The translations under genes were made by a program, and so were the position numbers. From Bacteroidota bacterium (GTDB taxonomy: Bacteria > Bacteroidota > Bacteroidia > B-17B0 > Aurantibacillaceae), in the NCBI GenBank assembly GCA_040386615.1, contig JAZKFC010000021.1, positions 220,466-284,465 on the forward strand: a DNA stretch of 64,000 bases, read 5' to 3'. Under the pieces are notes generated by a model. It saw only the letters and a program-made list of their open reading frames with translations. It was not told the DNA's origin and searched no databases. This document shows, one piece after another, positions 10,878-20,669 of this stretch; positions within the stretch are counted from its first letter, which is position 1; every line of letters starts with the position of its first letter.

Positions 10878-11786
10878 TTAAGATTGTTTACCGGGTTTCT
10901 TTACGCCCGTAACCATATTATAAATGTACCAGTCGTTTTTTAACCTGATAAGGATCTCATCGTGATTGTAAAAACGCACTTCTTCCCACTGTTGTATTTT
11001 TTCTTCCTTTGTGGTTATGTTGTAAACAATGTAATACTCCTTTGGTTCATAAATTTTATGGATAATGAAATTTTTGGTAGCCATGTCTATATGTCTTCGG
11101 TATGACCCGGCTTTTTTTCCTGCGTAGGTAAACACGTCATCCTCTGAATTGGGTCTTAAACCGGCGCTACAGCCGATGATTAAAGAATCATTACTGTTGA
11201 TTTTTAAGTCTGAGTACTGGAAAGGAATGACCAGCTCTTCGTTAAAGTTGATCAGGCCCGATGAAACAGTGCTGGCTTCGTCGATGGTTTGAGCAATGAT
11301 AAAATCGGGTTCAGGTGTTAACATGATCTCGTGGTATCCCTTAAAAGTGATCTGTCTGAAATCTTTATCAATGAGGTGTTTTTTTGATTTTACACTCACT
11401 ATAAAATATGCCGGATGGTCGGAAAATTGTTTTACGGTATGCTTACCCAATGTAAATACACCGCAGGTATCAATAGCGCTGGTATTGACCAACAAGCGTT
11501 TGCCCGTGCGGTCGAGGTAATTACATAAATATACTTTTGTGAGTGACTTGATAAACTTATTCGACGAAGGCACCATAGTTTTATGGCAGGCAAGACAAAC
11601 CCTGCCGGATACATTAAAATTAAAAACCGTATCATATACAGGTTTGATAATGGTGGTGGTATTTTCCCTGATGCCCCATTTATTGTTTTCCCTGAAAACG
11701 GTGGTTTGCGCATGAATTTCGCCTGATAAAACCCGGAAAAAAAGAAAGTATATGAAAAGAGTATTCCTCAATGATAAAATATACAT
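10878..11786 (-). CDS. secreted protein, WG-repeat-like
   Basis: The ORF is open to 11864, but a signal-peptide-like start MYILSL... at 11786 is more plausible. One KWGI...KPVYD motif is present. Confidence 0.45.
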   Translation of the reverse strand: MYILSLRNTLFIYFLFFRVLSGEIHAQTTVFRENNKWGIRENTTTIIKPVYDTVFNFNVSGRVCLACHKTMVPSSNKFIKSLTKVYLCNYLDRTGKRLLVNTSAIDTCGVFTLGKHTVKQFSDHPAYFIVSVKSKKHLIDKDFRQITFKGYHEIMLTPEPDFIIAQTIDEASTVSSGLINFNEELVIPFQYSDLKINSNDSLIIGCSAGLRPNSEDDVFTYAGKKAGSYRRHIDMATKNFIIHKIYEPKEYYIVYNITTKEEKIQQWEEVRFYNHDEILIRLKNDWYIYNMVTGVKKPGKQS

Positions 11787-11998
11787 AAAAGTAAAAAAAA
11801 ATGACAGATTACAGAAAAATATGCGGTTTATAGCGGTTTTAACCGCTTCGGGGCTTATCGCCACCAGGGTCCGGCCATTGAGGCTTTTTACTGTTTACCG
11901 CCAGCCATTTACCGTTCACCGCCTGCCCGGTAAAGTTAACCTAATTGCTGTTGCCGGTGGTTTATTCACTGCCTACCTTTATAAAAAATTTAATACAA

Positions 11999-12835
11999 AT
12001 GGATACTGAGGAAATACAAGACGATAAGGTGTGGAGAAACATAGAGAAAAGTCACCGGCGGGGGAAAATAATGGGCGGGCTTTTATTAGTAGCAATAGGG
12101 TCTCTGTTTTTGGCAAAGGAAATGGGAGTGGAAATTCCAGAGTGGATCTTTACCTGGAAAATGTTATTGATAGGAATAGGATTAGTCACCGCCATCAAGC
12201 ATAAATTCTTACACCCCGCCTGGATTATACTGGTTGGTATTGGCGGCGCTTTCCTGCTCAACGACCTTTACCCCGAAATGCACATCAGGCCGTTTCTCTG
12301 GCCGGTGTTGATCATTGCCATAGGACTGGCAATAGTCTTTAAGCCAAGGCGAAAAAACATGCAGCATGCGCGCCATTATTGGAAAAAATGGCAACAAGAA
12401 CACCCGGCGCACCGTGGTTGGAATGATCGCCACCAATGGTGCGGACAGGCGGAGATCGGCGGCGAAGCACGTACGAACTCTCCCGAAGAAGAATACCTTG
12501 ACTCGGTATCTTTCCTCGGAGGAACAAAGAAAAATGTAATTTCCAAAACCTTTAAAGGCGGCGACATTGTAAACGTTTTTGGTGGGTCGCATCTTAACCT
12601 GAGCAGGGCCGACATACAAGGCACTGTAACACTCAGCGTTACCCAGGTTTTTGGCGGTACAAAACTGATCGTTCCGGCCAACTGGGAAATAAAATTATCT
12701 GAAACAGTGACCATTTGTGGCGCCATTGAAGATAAGCGCCCGCCTCAACAACCGGTTGCCGGCGACCAACAAAAAGTACTCATCCTCATCGGAACTACGG
12801 TTTTTGGAGGAATTGAAATAAAAAGCTTTGAATAA
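11999..12835 (+). CDS. LiaF/DUF2154-like cell-envelope stress membrane protein
   Basis: ATG at 11999 (the track ORF starts at a TTG at 11945). Several TM helices. C-terminal repeats of the beta-helix type (VFGGSHLNLS, VFGGTKLIVP, VFGGIEIK). Confidence 0.55.
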   Translation: MDTEEIQDDKVWRNIEKSHRRGKIMGGLLLVAIGSLFLAKEMGVEIPEWIFTWKMLLIGIGLVTAIKHKFLHPAWIILVGIGGAFLLNDLYPEMHIRPFLWPVLIIAIGLAIVFKPRRKNMQHARHYWKKWQQEHPAHRGWNDRHQWCGQAEIGGEARTNSPEEEYLDSVSFLGGTKKNVISKTFKGGDIVNVFGGSHLNLSRADIQGTVTLSVTQVFGGTKLIVPANWEIKLSETVTICGAIEDKRPPQQPVAGDQQKVLILIGTTVFGGIEIKSFE

Positions 12836-12843
12836 ATTAACCG

Positions 12844-12902
12844 TGAAGCAGATCGATCGCTTCAAAAATATTTTCAACCAGGTGAAGATCGATCGCTTCA
12901 CC
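12844..12902. repeat. two copies of a GC-cored palindromic hairpin around GATCGATCGCTTCA
   Basis: TGAAGCAGATCGATCGCTTCA lies at 12844-12864 and GGTGAAGATCGATCGCTTCACC at 12881-12902. Both sit between the LiaF-like gene and the next gene. Confidence 0.6.
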
Positions 12903-12921
12903 ATTAAATAAAAAAAGAAAT

Positions 12922-13269
12922 ATGAAAAGATATCTGGCAAAACTGATGTTCAACATTGACATTGATAATGGCAATAATAACTCGCAGTTCGATGAGCAGG
13001 TGCGCGTGATCGAATCACACAGTCTGGAGGACGCTTTCTTTAAAGCGCGGGCCATTGGAAAAAAAGAAGAAGAGGTTTTCATCAATAATGATAACATGCC
13101 TGTAAACTGGCAGTTTATCGATGTTGCGGAAGTATACCCGCTCGAAGATCTTAAAGACGGTGACCAGGTGTATTCTAACACGCGTAAAATAAAGGATACC
13201 CGTTCTTTTATCAATTACATACGCCAAAAATCCATGGAAATACAAACGAAAAACCTAACGTTCGCTTAG
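12922..13269 (+). CDS. DUF4288-like small protein
   Basis: 115 aa. The pattern YLAKLMF...FDEQVRVIES.S.EDAF.KA...G resembles DUF4288 as I remember it. Confidence 0.45.
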   Translation: MKRYLAKLMFNIDIDNGNNNSQFDEQVRVIESHSLEDAFFKARAIGKKEEEVFINNDNMPVNWQFIDVAEVYPLEDLKDGDQVYSNTRKIKDTRSFINYIRQKSMEIQTKNLTFA

Positions 13270-13319
13270 GGCCCGTTTAATTTGAAAATTTAATTTATTT
13301 TTAAACCTGCTGCGAATCC

Positions 13320-14363
13320 TTGAGAAACATTTTTTCATATAGCCTAAAAAAATTCGTTCCGCTCTATGTAGCTGGGTGGTTGATTTGGGCGTTGATACAA
13401 AGCCTGATCCTCCACCGATTAAATCTCTCATGGGAGCTCTCGGTCAAGGATTCCCTGGTCACCGGTTTTCTCCTCGGCATGTGCTGTTACATCGCCATTA
13501 CGCTTTATCAATACTATCAACCTGGAAGGAGCAACCGCCTTTATCGCCTGTTCTTTGCCCTGGTGATCAGTCTCATTTTTTCTTCAGCATCCAACTGGTC
13601 GCTGAAATTTTTGTTGGGTAACGATCCTGCTTACCTTGATTTTTTATCAGCATCCATGCCCTTAAGATTTGTGATCGCGTTTCTTATACTTGCGTTTCTT
13701 ACCATCTTAAACTGGTTGTGGAACAGTCTTGCTGAACAGAAAGAGAGCGAAAAAAGAAGTAATGAAGCCGAACAACTTGTAAAAGATGCCGAACTGGCCA
13801 CCTTGCGCCAGCAACTGCAACCCCATTTTTTGTTTAACAGCCTTAACTCCATCAGCGCGCTTGCCGGCTCCCGGCCCAATGAAGCGAGGAAAATGATCCA
13901 GCAACTGTCAGATTTTTTACGGGGAACTTTAAAAAAAGACGAACAAAAAACTGTTTCCATGAACGAAGAACTCGAGCATCTGAAACTCTACCTTGAAATT
14001 GAAAAAGTACGTTTTGGTCACCGTTTAAAAATAGACATTGATTCGGCTCCCGAAAGTCTCGCGTGTAATTTACCACCGCTCCTCCTGCAACCCATTGTTG
14101 AAAATGCGATAAAATTCGGACTATACGACACCATTGGCGAAATTACTATCAGCATTGAAACGCGACTGGAAAATTCGTACCTCCACATTGAAATAAAAAA
14201 TCCATTTGATGAAAAAACGCAAAACACCAACCAGGGCACCGGATTTGGCCTGAATTCGGTGCAAAGAAGATTGTTTCTTTTGTATTCACGCAACGACCTG
14301 CTTATCACTGAAAAAAAAGAAAATCAATTTATCACTCAATTAAAAATTCCACAGACTGCATGA
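13320..14363 (+). CDS. LytS/YehU-type sensor histidine kinase
   Basis: TM N-terminus, HFLFNSLNSISAL (His_kinase motif), and an HATPase with GTGFGL. The stop overlaps the start of the downstream LytTR regulator. Confidence 0.8.
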   Translation: MRNIFSYSLKKFVPLYVAGWLIWALIQSLILHRLNLSWELSVKDSLVTGFLLGMCCYIAITLYQYYQPGRSNRLYRLFFALVISLIFSSASNWSLKFLLGNDPAYLDFLSASMPLRFVIAFLILAFLTILNWLWNSLAEQKESEKRSNEAEQLVKDAELATLRQQLQPHFLFNSLNSISALAGSRPNEARKMIQQLSDFLRGTLKKDEQKTVSMNEELEHLKLYLEIEKVRFGHRLKIDIDSAPESLACNLPPLLLQPIVENAIKFGLYDTIGEITISIETRLENSYLHIEIKNPFDEKTQNTNQGTGFGLNSVQRRLFLLYSRNDLLITEKKENQFITQLKIPQTA

Positions 14364-15106
14364 ATAAAGTAGTAATAATAGACGATGAACCTTTGGCCAG
14401 GAGCATAGTGATTGAATACCTGAGGGAACATAAGAACTTTGAGGTTGTTGCCGAATGTAATGATGGTTTTGAAGGTGTTAAAGCCATCATGCAACATAAA
14501 CCCGATCTGGTTTTTCTCGACATCCAAATGCCGAAGATTAACGGTTTTGAAATGCTTGAACTCATAGATACAACTCCCGCTGTTATCTTTGCCACTGCTT
14601 TCGACGAATATGCGATCAAAGCATTTGAAGCCAACGCGGTAGATTACCTGTTGAAACCTTTCAGCAATGAACGCTTCGACACAGCTATTAAAAAATGGGA
14701 ACAAAAAAATCTGGATAAACCGGCCTACAAAAAAAATATAGAACAACTTTTAGAAAATACCGAAAAACAGCCTGAAGAAAAGCACAGGATCGTTGTGAGA
14801 ACAAACAACGAGATACAGATCATCCCGGTAAATGACCTTTTTTACATCGAAGCCTATGATGATTATATAAAACTTTTTACAAAAGACAATTATTACCTTA
14901 AAAAGAAAACCATGGCGTACTATGAACAAATGCTCGACAATTCGGTTTTCTTCAGAACGCACCGCTCGTTTATCGTTAACCTGCAACACCTTACAAAAAT
15001 TGAACCGCTGGAAAAAAACAACTACGTCGCGCTTCTAAAAAATGGAAAAAAAATCCCTCTTAGCCGCAGCGGTTATGTAAAACTGAAAGAGAAATTAGGG
15101 ATTTAA
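14360..15106 (+). CDS. LytR/AlgR-family response regulator (REC + LytTR)
   Basis: Receiver domain (VVIIDDEPLAR, FLDIQMPKINGFE). C-terminal LytTR signature (FFRTHRSFIVNL). Confidence 0.88.
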   Translation: MNKVVIIDDEPLARSIVIEYLREHKNFEVVAECNDGFEGVKAIMQHKPDLVFLDIQMPKINGFEMLELIDTTPAVIFATAFDEYAIKAFEANAVDYLLKPFSNERFDTAIKKWEQKNLDKPAYKKNIEQLLENTEKQPEEKHRIVVRTNNEIQIIPVNDLFYIEAYDDYIKLFTKDNYYLKKKTMAYYEQMLDNSVFFRTHRSFIVNLQHLTKIEPLEKNNYVALLKNGKKIPLSRSGYVKLKEKLGI

Positions 15107-15323
15107 CCATCGGCCCTACTCTAAAAAAGTGAATCTTTTTAAAAGTTCTTCCCGGCCGTATAATAAAATCACCTGAGTGCATGGCCTTCTCCGCAAATTA
15201 TTTGACCTGCGCAACATTAATACAAATGGGGGATAAAATATTTTAAATGCTTTTATGGAAAACACCGGTCTGTGACATCTGTACTAAAAAGATGATTCAT
15301 TAACCAGTTAAAAACATGAAACC

Positions 15324-17252
15324 ATGCTAAAAATTTCGTTTTATACCCTGATCATTGCGGGCATTCTTAGTTTTGCCTTTACCGCTCACCAACCACCCAT
15401 TCCTGATTGCTCAATCTATGGGCAAATCACCGACGGCGGTAGTGGAGAAAAAATACCTTACGCCAGTCTAAGCCTTTATCACCAGAAAGAAGTGGTTACC
15501 AACGCCACCTCTGACGCCGAAGGCAACTATTGTTTTAAGAATATCAAACCCGGAACTTACCGGCTGGTGACCAGCTGTGTTGGTTATTCGGCAAAAACGC
15601 TCAGTTCAATTATTTTTAAAGGACAGAAATTAAAAGTGGATATTAAACTGGGCAATGAACAGGCGAAACTCGACGAAGTGGAAATCATCGGCACACCTGC
15701 CAATCAAAAAAAGGAATTGGGAAAAGGCAAAAGTTTAAAATACCACGAGGAGGAAAAATCTTACAGACGGTCGCAGTGTGAACCATTGGCCGTTCAAAGT
15801 ACTCACGACAGCTACTACATAAGTGAGGAAGCGCACAACACCGAAAATTACAACAAAATAGACGACAATGAATTTAAAGAGGCAAGAAAAAATCCGCTTT
15901 CTACTTTCAGTATTGACGTTGATAAAGCATCTTACAGTAATGTGCGCAGGTTCATCACCGGCGGACAATTGCCGCCTGCCGACGCGGTGCGTGTTGAAGA
16001 AATGATCAATTATTTCAGCTACAATTACCCGCAGCCAAAAAACGAAAAACCGTTTTCCATCACCACCGCCTATATGGCTTGTCCCTGGAACAGTAAACAC
16101 AATCTCATTCATATCGGGATACAAGGCGTAGAGGTAAAAACAGAGAATATGCCAGCCAACAATATTGTTTTCCTGGTTGACGTTTCGGGTTCGATGATGG
16201 TCACCAATAAACTACCCCTGCTCAAATCGGGCCTGCGGTTGCTGGTGGAGCAAATGAGACCCCAGGATAAAATTGCGCTGGTGGTTTATGCAGGTGCGGC
16301 CGGTGTTGTATTACCATCTACGTCGGGCAGGGAAAAAGAGAAAATCATTGAGGCCCTCGACAATTTGCAGGCAGGTGGCTCCACCGCCGGTGGAGCGGGA
16401 ATTTTGCTGGCCTACAAAACGGCAAAAGAAAATTTTTTGAAAGAAGGCAATAACAGGATAGTTTTGGCCACCGATGGAGATTTTAACGTAGGCGTAAGCA
16501 GCGACGGGGACCTGATCCGTTTGGTTGAAAAAGAAAGGGAAGACGGTGTATTTTTAACAGTGCTTGGATTTGGTACCGGTAACTACAAAGACTCTAAGAT
16601 GGAGCAACTGGCTGATAAGGGAAATGGTAATTACGCATACATAGATAACATACTCGAAGCGAAAAAAACACTTGTAAAAGAAATGGGAGGAACATTACTC
16701 ACCATAGCCAAGGATGTTAAAATTCAGATCGAGTTCAATCCTTTAAAAGTAAAAGCGTACCGCCTTGTTGGCTACGAAAACAGGTTGCTGGCCAATGAAG
16801 ATTTTAACGACGATAAAAAAGACGCTGGTGAATTGGGCTCAGGACATACCGTGACTGCCATGTATGAAATTATCCCCGCCGACTCCGACGAATTGGTGGC
16901 CTCGGTAGATTCACTAAAATACCAGAAGATACTGCCCGTGGCAAAACACGCGGGCAACGAAGTGATGACCATAAAATTCAGGTATAAGGAACCCAAAGAA
17001 ACCACTTCGAAACTAATCACCGAGATCGTGATGGATAAAAAATCAACAGGATCGGCAGTGACAGAAGACGCGAGGTTTTCGGCCTGCGTGGCCGGGTTTG
17101 GCATGTTGTTGAGGGATTCTAAGTTCAGGGGCGAGGCCAGCTACAAAAATATTATCGCCAGCGCGAGGGCTTCGAAAGGAAAAGACGAGGACGGTTACAG
17201 GGCCGAGTTTATCAGGCTGGTGGAAATGGCTGAATTGCTCAAAAATAAATAA
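15324..17252 (+). CDS. vWA-domain protein (YfbK-like) with N-terminal CarboxypepD_reg-like domain
   Basis: 642 aa. MIDAS motif VDVSGSM, GGSTAGGAG, and a DUF3520-like C-terminus. Confidence 0.78.
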   Translation: MLKISFYTLIIAGILSFAFTAHQPPIPDCSIYGQITDGGSGEKIPYASLSLYHQKEVVTNATSDAEGNYCFKNIKPGTYRLVTSCVGYSAKTLSSIIFKGQKLKVDIKLGNEQAKLDEVEIIGTPANQKKELGKGKSLKYHEEEKSYRRSQCEPLAVQSTHDSYYISEEAHNTENYNKIDDNEFKEARKNPLSTFSIDVDKASYSNVRRFITGGQLPPADAVRVEEMINYFSYNYPQPKNEKPFSITTAYMACPWNSKHNLIHIGIQGVEVKTENMPANNIVFLVDVSGSMMVTNKLPLLKSGLRLLVEQMRPQDKIALVVYAGAAGVVLPSTSGREKEKIIEALDNLQAGGSTAGGAGILLAYKTAKENFLKEGNNRIVLATDGDFNVGVSSDGDLIRLVEKEREDGVFLTVLGFGTGNYKDSKMEQLADKGNGNYAYIDNILEAKKTLVKEMGGTLLTIAKDVKIQIEFNPLKVKAYRLVGYENRLLANEDFNDDKKDAGELGSGHTVTAMYEIIPADSDELVASVDSLKYQKILPVAKHAGNEVMTIKFRYKEPKETTSKLITEIVMDKKSTGSAVTEDARFSACVAGFGMLLRDSKFRGEASYKNIIASARASKGKDEDGYRAEFIRLVEMAELLKNK

Positions 17253-17272
17253 TGCGAATCCTATTTAAATCT

Positions 17273-17301
17273 AAAAGCCGGGGCATTTTGACCCGGCTTT
17301 T
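17273..17301. terminator. bidirectional intrinsic terminator
   Basis: AAAAGCCGGG-loop-CCCGGCTTTT lies between convergent genes. Confidence 0.7.
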
Positions 17302-17518
17302 GAATTTATCCTGAGGAAACCATATCCCACCTCAGCTCAAGCTTTTAGTGTTGGTTCGTGGTAGTAGCATTTCGACAATAAAATTAAACCCTTGTTGTTA
17401 CGCTTATGTAAACAATACGCAAACACAACATTAGATGGTTGGTCGTTTATCAAAAAGGTTTGAACCGGCTATTAACTTTTATGAAATTTTGTTTATTAGC
17501 TGTTAATTCATGGTTGAA

Positions 17519-17980
17519 TTACAGGACATCGACCAATTCAATATCGAAGATCAATACAGAATTGGCGGGAATACTGCCAGTGGCATTAGCGCCATAACCC
17601 AGGGCCGAGGGAATTAAAAGTTTACCTTTACCGCCTTTTTTAAAATAGGGCAATCCCTCCTGCCAGCCTTTGACAACAGAACTTAAATTGGTAGCAAAGC
17701 CTGTACTGTTCTGGTCAAATTGTGTTCCGTCGGGGAGATACCCCCTGTATTTAACGATGATATCTGATTTGGAAGTCGGGTGCGCGCCTGTGCCCTGTGT
17801 CTCAATCACATAATAAAGTCCCGAGCCGGTAGCGGTGGCAGTCAGGTTATTGTCGGTAATATATTTATTGATGATGTTTTCATCGGCCTGCGCCTGGGTG
17901 AGAATGTTCTTTTTTTTGCACGAAAAAAGACTCAGTGCGATGAGGCAGCATAAAAAAGTTTTTGAAACAAACAGATTCAT
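17519..17980 (-). CDS. FKBP-type peptidyl-prolyl cis-trans isomerase lipoprotein
   Basis: Signal peptide and lipobox LFSC. FKBP C-terminal motif (GWQEGL, IPSALGYG, LIFDIELVDV). Confidence 0.85.
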   Translation of the reverse strand: MNLFVSKTFLCCLIALSLFSCKKKNILTQAQADENIINKYITDNNLTATATGSGLYYVIETQGTGAHPTSKSDIIVKYRGYLPDGTQFDQNSTGFATNLSSVVKGWQEGLPYFKKGGKGKLLIPSALGYGANATGSIPANSVLIFDIELVDVL

Positions 17981-18088
17981 ATGGGGTAGTATGAGATTCG
18001 GGTTTTAAAGATAGTTAATATATATACAGGAAGAATCTATTGCTAAAATGTTTGGCAAAAATTGTATTTTTAGTTCAAATTCCATCTT

Positions 18089-18718
18089 ATGAAAAATACC
18101 GACTGGTCAGCCGCGCTTAAACCGCTTATTGCGAAATACAAAGGAAAACCGCATCCCCTTGAGTTCAAGAATCTTTACCAACTCGTAGTGATGGTTGTTT
18201 TGTCGGCCCAGGATTCAGACAAACACATTAACCAGTTGGCCCCGCCTTTTTTTAAGGTTTATCCCGATATGAAAGCGCTTGCAAAAGCCAGCGAAGAAGA
18301 TATGATAAAGCTGATAGGCAAGGTGCGCAATTTTGGAAATAAAATAAAATGGCTCCAGAAATTATCACAAACCATCAAAGAAGATAAAAATATTCCCCTT
18401 ACCATGGAAGCGCTGACCGAACTTCCGGGCATTGGAAGGAAATCCGCGAACGTGATTATGCGCAGCGCCGGTGTAAAAGCCGAAGGTGTGATCGTTGACT
18501 TACACGTGGTGCGTGTAGCCCCAAGGATAGGCATTGCCACGGGAACCGACCCAAAAAAAATCGAGAAACAAATTATGGAAGTCATTCCTGAAAAAGACTG
18601 GGGAGAAATAGGAATGGCAATTTCATTTTTAGGGCGCGAAACCTGCAGACCAACCCATCCCCAACATCACGAATGCGTAGTAAGTAAATACTGCGCCTAT
18701 TTTAAAGCCAATCATTGA
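18089..18718 (+). CDS. endonuclease III-like HhH-GPD base-excision glycosylase
   Basis: LPGIGRKSANV (HhH plus catalytic Lys) and VDLHV (Asp). The C-terminal cluster loop reads C-x6-H-x2-C-x5-C instead of four Cys. Confidence 0.72.
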   Translation: MKNTDWSAALKPLIAKYKGKPHPLEFKNLYQLVVMVVLSAQDSDKHINQLAPPFFKVYPDMKALAKASEEDMIKLIGKVRNFGNKIKWLQKLSQTIKEDKNIPLTMEALTELPGIGRKSANVIMRSAGVKAEGVIVDLHVVRVAPRIGIATGTDPKKIEKQIMEVIPEKDWGEIGMAISFLGRETCRPTHPQHHECVVSKYCAYFKANH

Positions 18719-18740
18719 TTGTTGACCCTTTAAAAAATTT

Positions 18741-18768
18741 AAAGCCACTACATTTTGGTAGTGGCTTT
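18741..18768 (+). terminator. intrinsic terminator
   Basis: AAAGCCACTAC-loop-GTAGTGGCTTT lies directly after the glycosylase gene. Confidence 0.7.
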
Positions 18769-19104
18769 AAATTATTTGGAAATAAGTCAATATTGTCCAA
18801 AATTTTCCCCGTATCCCGTCTTTATTCTCGTTCAGACGTCGGTTTATGGTAAACAGTTTTATTGGGGGTCACAATTTCTTTGTATTTTTCAACTTCAGTC
18901 GTAGCAACCAGTAACGTCTTACTATATGCAAATCGCGTGCCAGCGATGAGAACTTTACAATCCGAAATTGATATTGTAGAATCCTAAATAAATCTATAAT
19001 TTGCGGTTGATGTCCTACCAGTGTTATAAAAACAAAGCTGTTCTTTTTTGTAAATTCAATAGAAATAACAACAATATCAAACCCCTATTGCCTATTTTTA
19101 GCTT

Positions 19105-20666
19105 ATGATATTGATTGTAGACGACAAGCCTGAGAACATCTTTTCGTTAAAGAGTTTGCTCACTCTGCATAAATTTGAAGTCGACACCGCGGAGTCTGGC
19201 GAAGAAGCATTGAAAAAGGTGCTTGACAGAGTTTACTCTTTAATTATCCTGGATGTACAGATGCCCGGCATGGATGGATTTGAAGTGGCCGACGCGATAT
19301 CAAATTTTAACAAAGCAAAGAACACTCCCATTATTTTTTTATCGGCTGTTAACACCGATAAAAAATTCATTACAAAGGGTTACACCTCCGGAGGAACCGA
19401 TTACGTAACCAAGCCGGTTGATGCCGATATTTTATTGCTAAAGGTGAAGACCTTCCATAAGTTATCTGAACAAACCCGCGAATTACAGAAAACACAAGCC
19501 ACTTTACGCAGAGAAATCGAACTGAGAAAGCAGGCGCAACAGGAGCAGGCTGAAGGCATGCAGGAACTGCGGGCTGTGATGGAATCAATGCCACAGATCA
19601 CCTTTACCCTGGGCAAATCGGGAGAAGTACAATACGTTAATGAAAAATGGTATGAGTATTCCCCGGACAAAAAAACATTTCCAACGCCTTACCACGATGA
19701 CCGGCACATTTTAGACGAATGGAAAGAGTCGCTTGAAAATGGCGACGAATTTATGAGCGAAATAAGAATTAAAAGACTAAAGGGCAACAAATATCAGTAC
19801 AACCTTTTGCGCATCACGCCTATTCTTCAGGATGGCAATATTATCAAATGGGTGGGGACCTTTACCGACATCCACCGCCAGAAAACGCTCAACGAGATCC
19901 TGGAGCACAGGGTTATACAACGCACGAAAGACCTTGTTTCAAAAAATAAAGAACTGGCCAATAGCAACCATGAGCTTCAGCAGTTTGCCTGGGTGGCTTC
20001 ACATGATCTGAAGGAACCCCTGAGGAAGATCCAAACCTTCAACTACCTGATCAAGGATAAATTTCTGACCGGCAACGACGAGGCCGCCATGTACCTCGAC
20101 AGGGCCATTAAATCATCAAAAAGAATGTCAGACCTGATCGACAACCTGCTTCAATATTCACGTCTTTCAGCTTCAGCGGTATATGAAAGCACCGATCTCA
20201 ATCTGCTGCTTCATGAAATTATTACTGATCTTGAAGTCTCCATACTTGAAAAAAAATAGGACAGATGCCGGTAATAGACACCGTACCGAGCCAGATGCGC
20301 CAGGTCTTTCAAAACCTGATCAGCAACGCGTTGAAATTTTCGAAGGAAGATGTTCCGCCGGTAGTACAGATCACCAGTGAATACCTTAGCGATGCGTCAG
20401 ACGAAGTTCAGGGTGATCCTGAACAGGGTCAGCGCTGCCGCATCACGATCTCGGATAACGGGATCGGCTTTGACGAAAAATTCACCGACCGGATCTTTGT
20501 TATTTTTCAAAGACTTCATACCCGCGACGCATACGAAGGAACAGGGATAGGCCTTGCAATTACAAAAAAAATAATTGAAAGACATAATGGCACCATCTCC
20601 GCGAGCAGCCGTGAAAATGAGGGCACAAGTTTCTTCATTCAGTTGCCCTTAAAAAATAACCAGTAA
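19105..20666 (+). pseudogene. REC-PAS-HisKA-HATPase hybrid kinase interrupted by a frameshift in an A8 tract
   Basis: ORF 19105-20259 (REC, PAS, HisKA with SHDLKEPL) stops at a TAG immediately after the A8 run at 20249-20256. The HATPase part (NLISNALKF, GTGIGL) continues in another frame to 20666. One extra A would fuse the two. Confidence 0.6.
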
Positions 20667-20669
20667 CAA

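Noticed and set aside
20183-20380. 65-aa ORF bridging the kinase frameshift
   Set aside because: It lies in the third frame relative to both kinase segments, and its translation has no kinase motifs.
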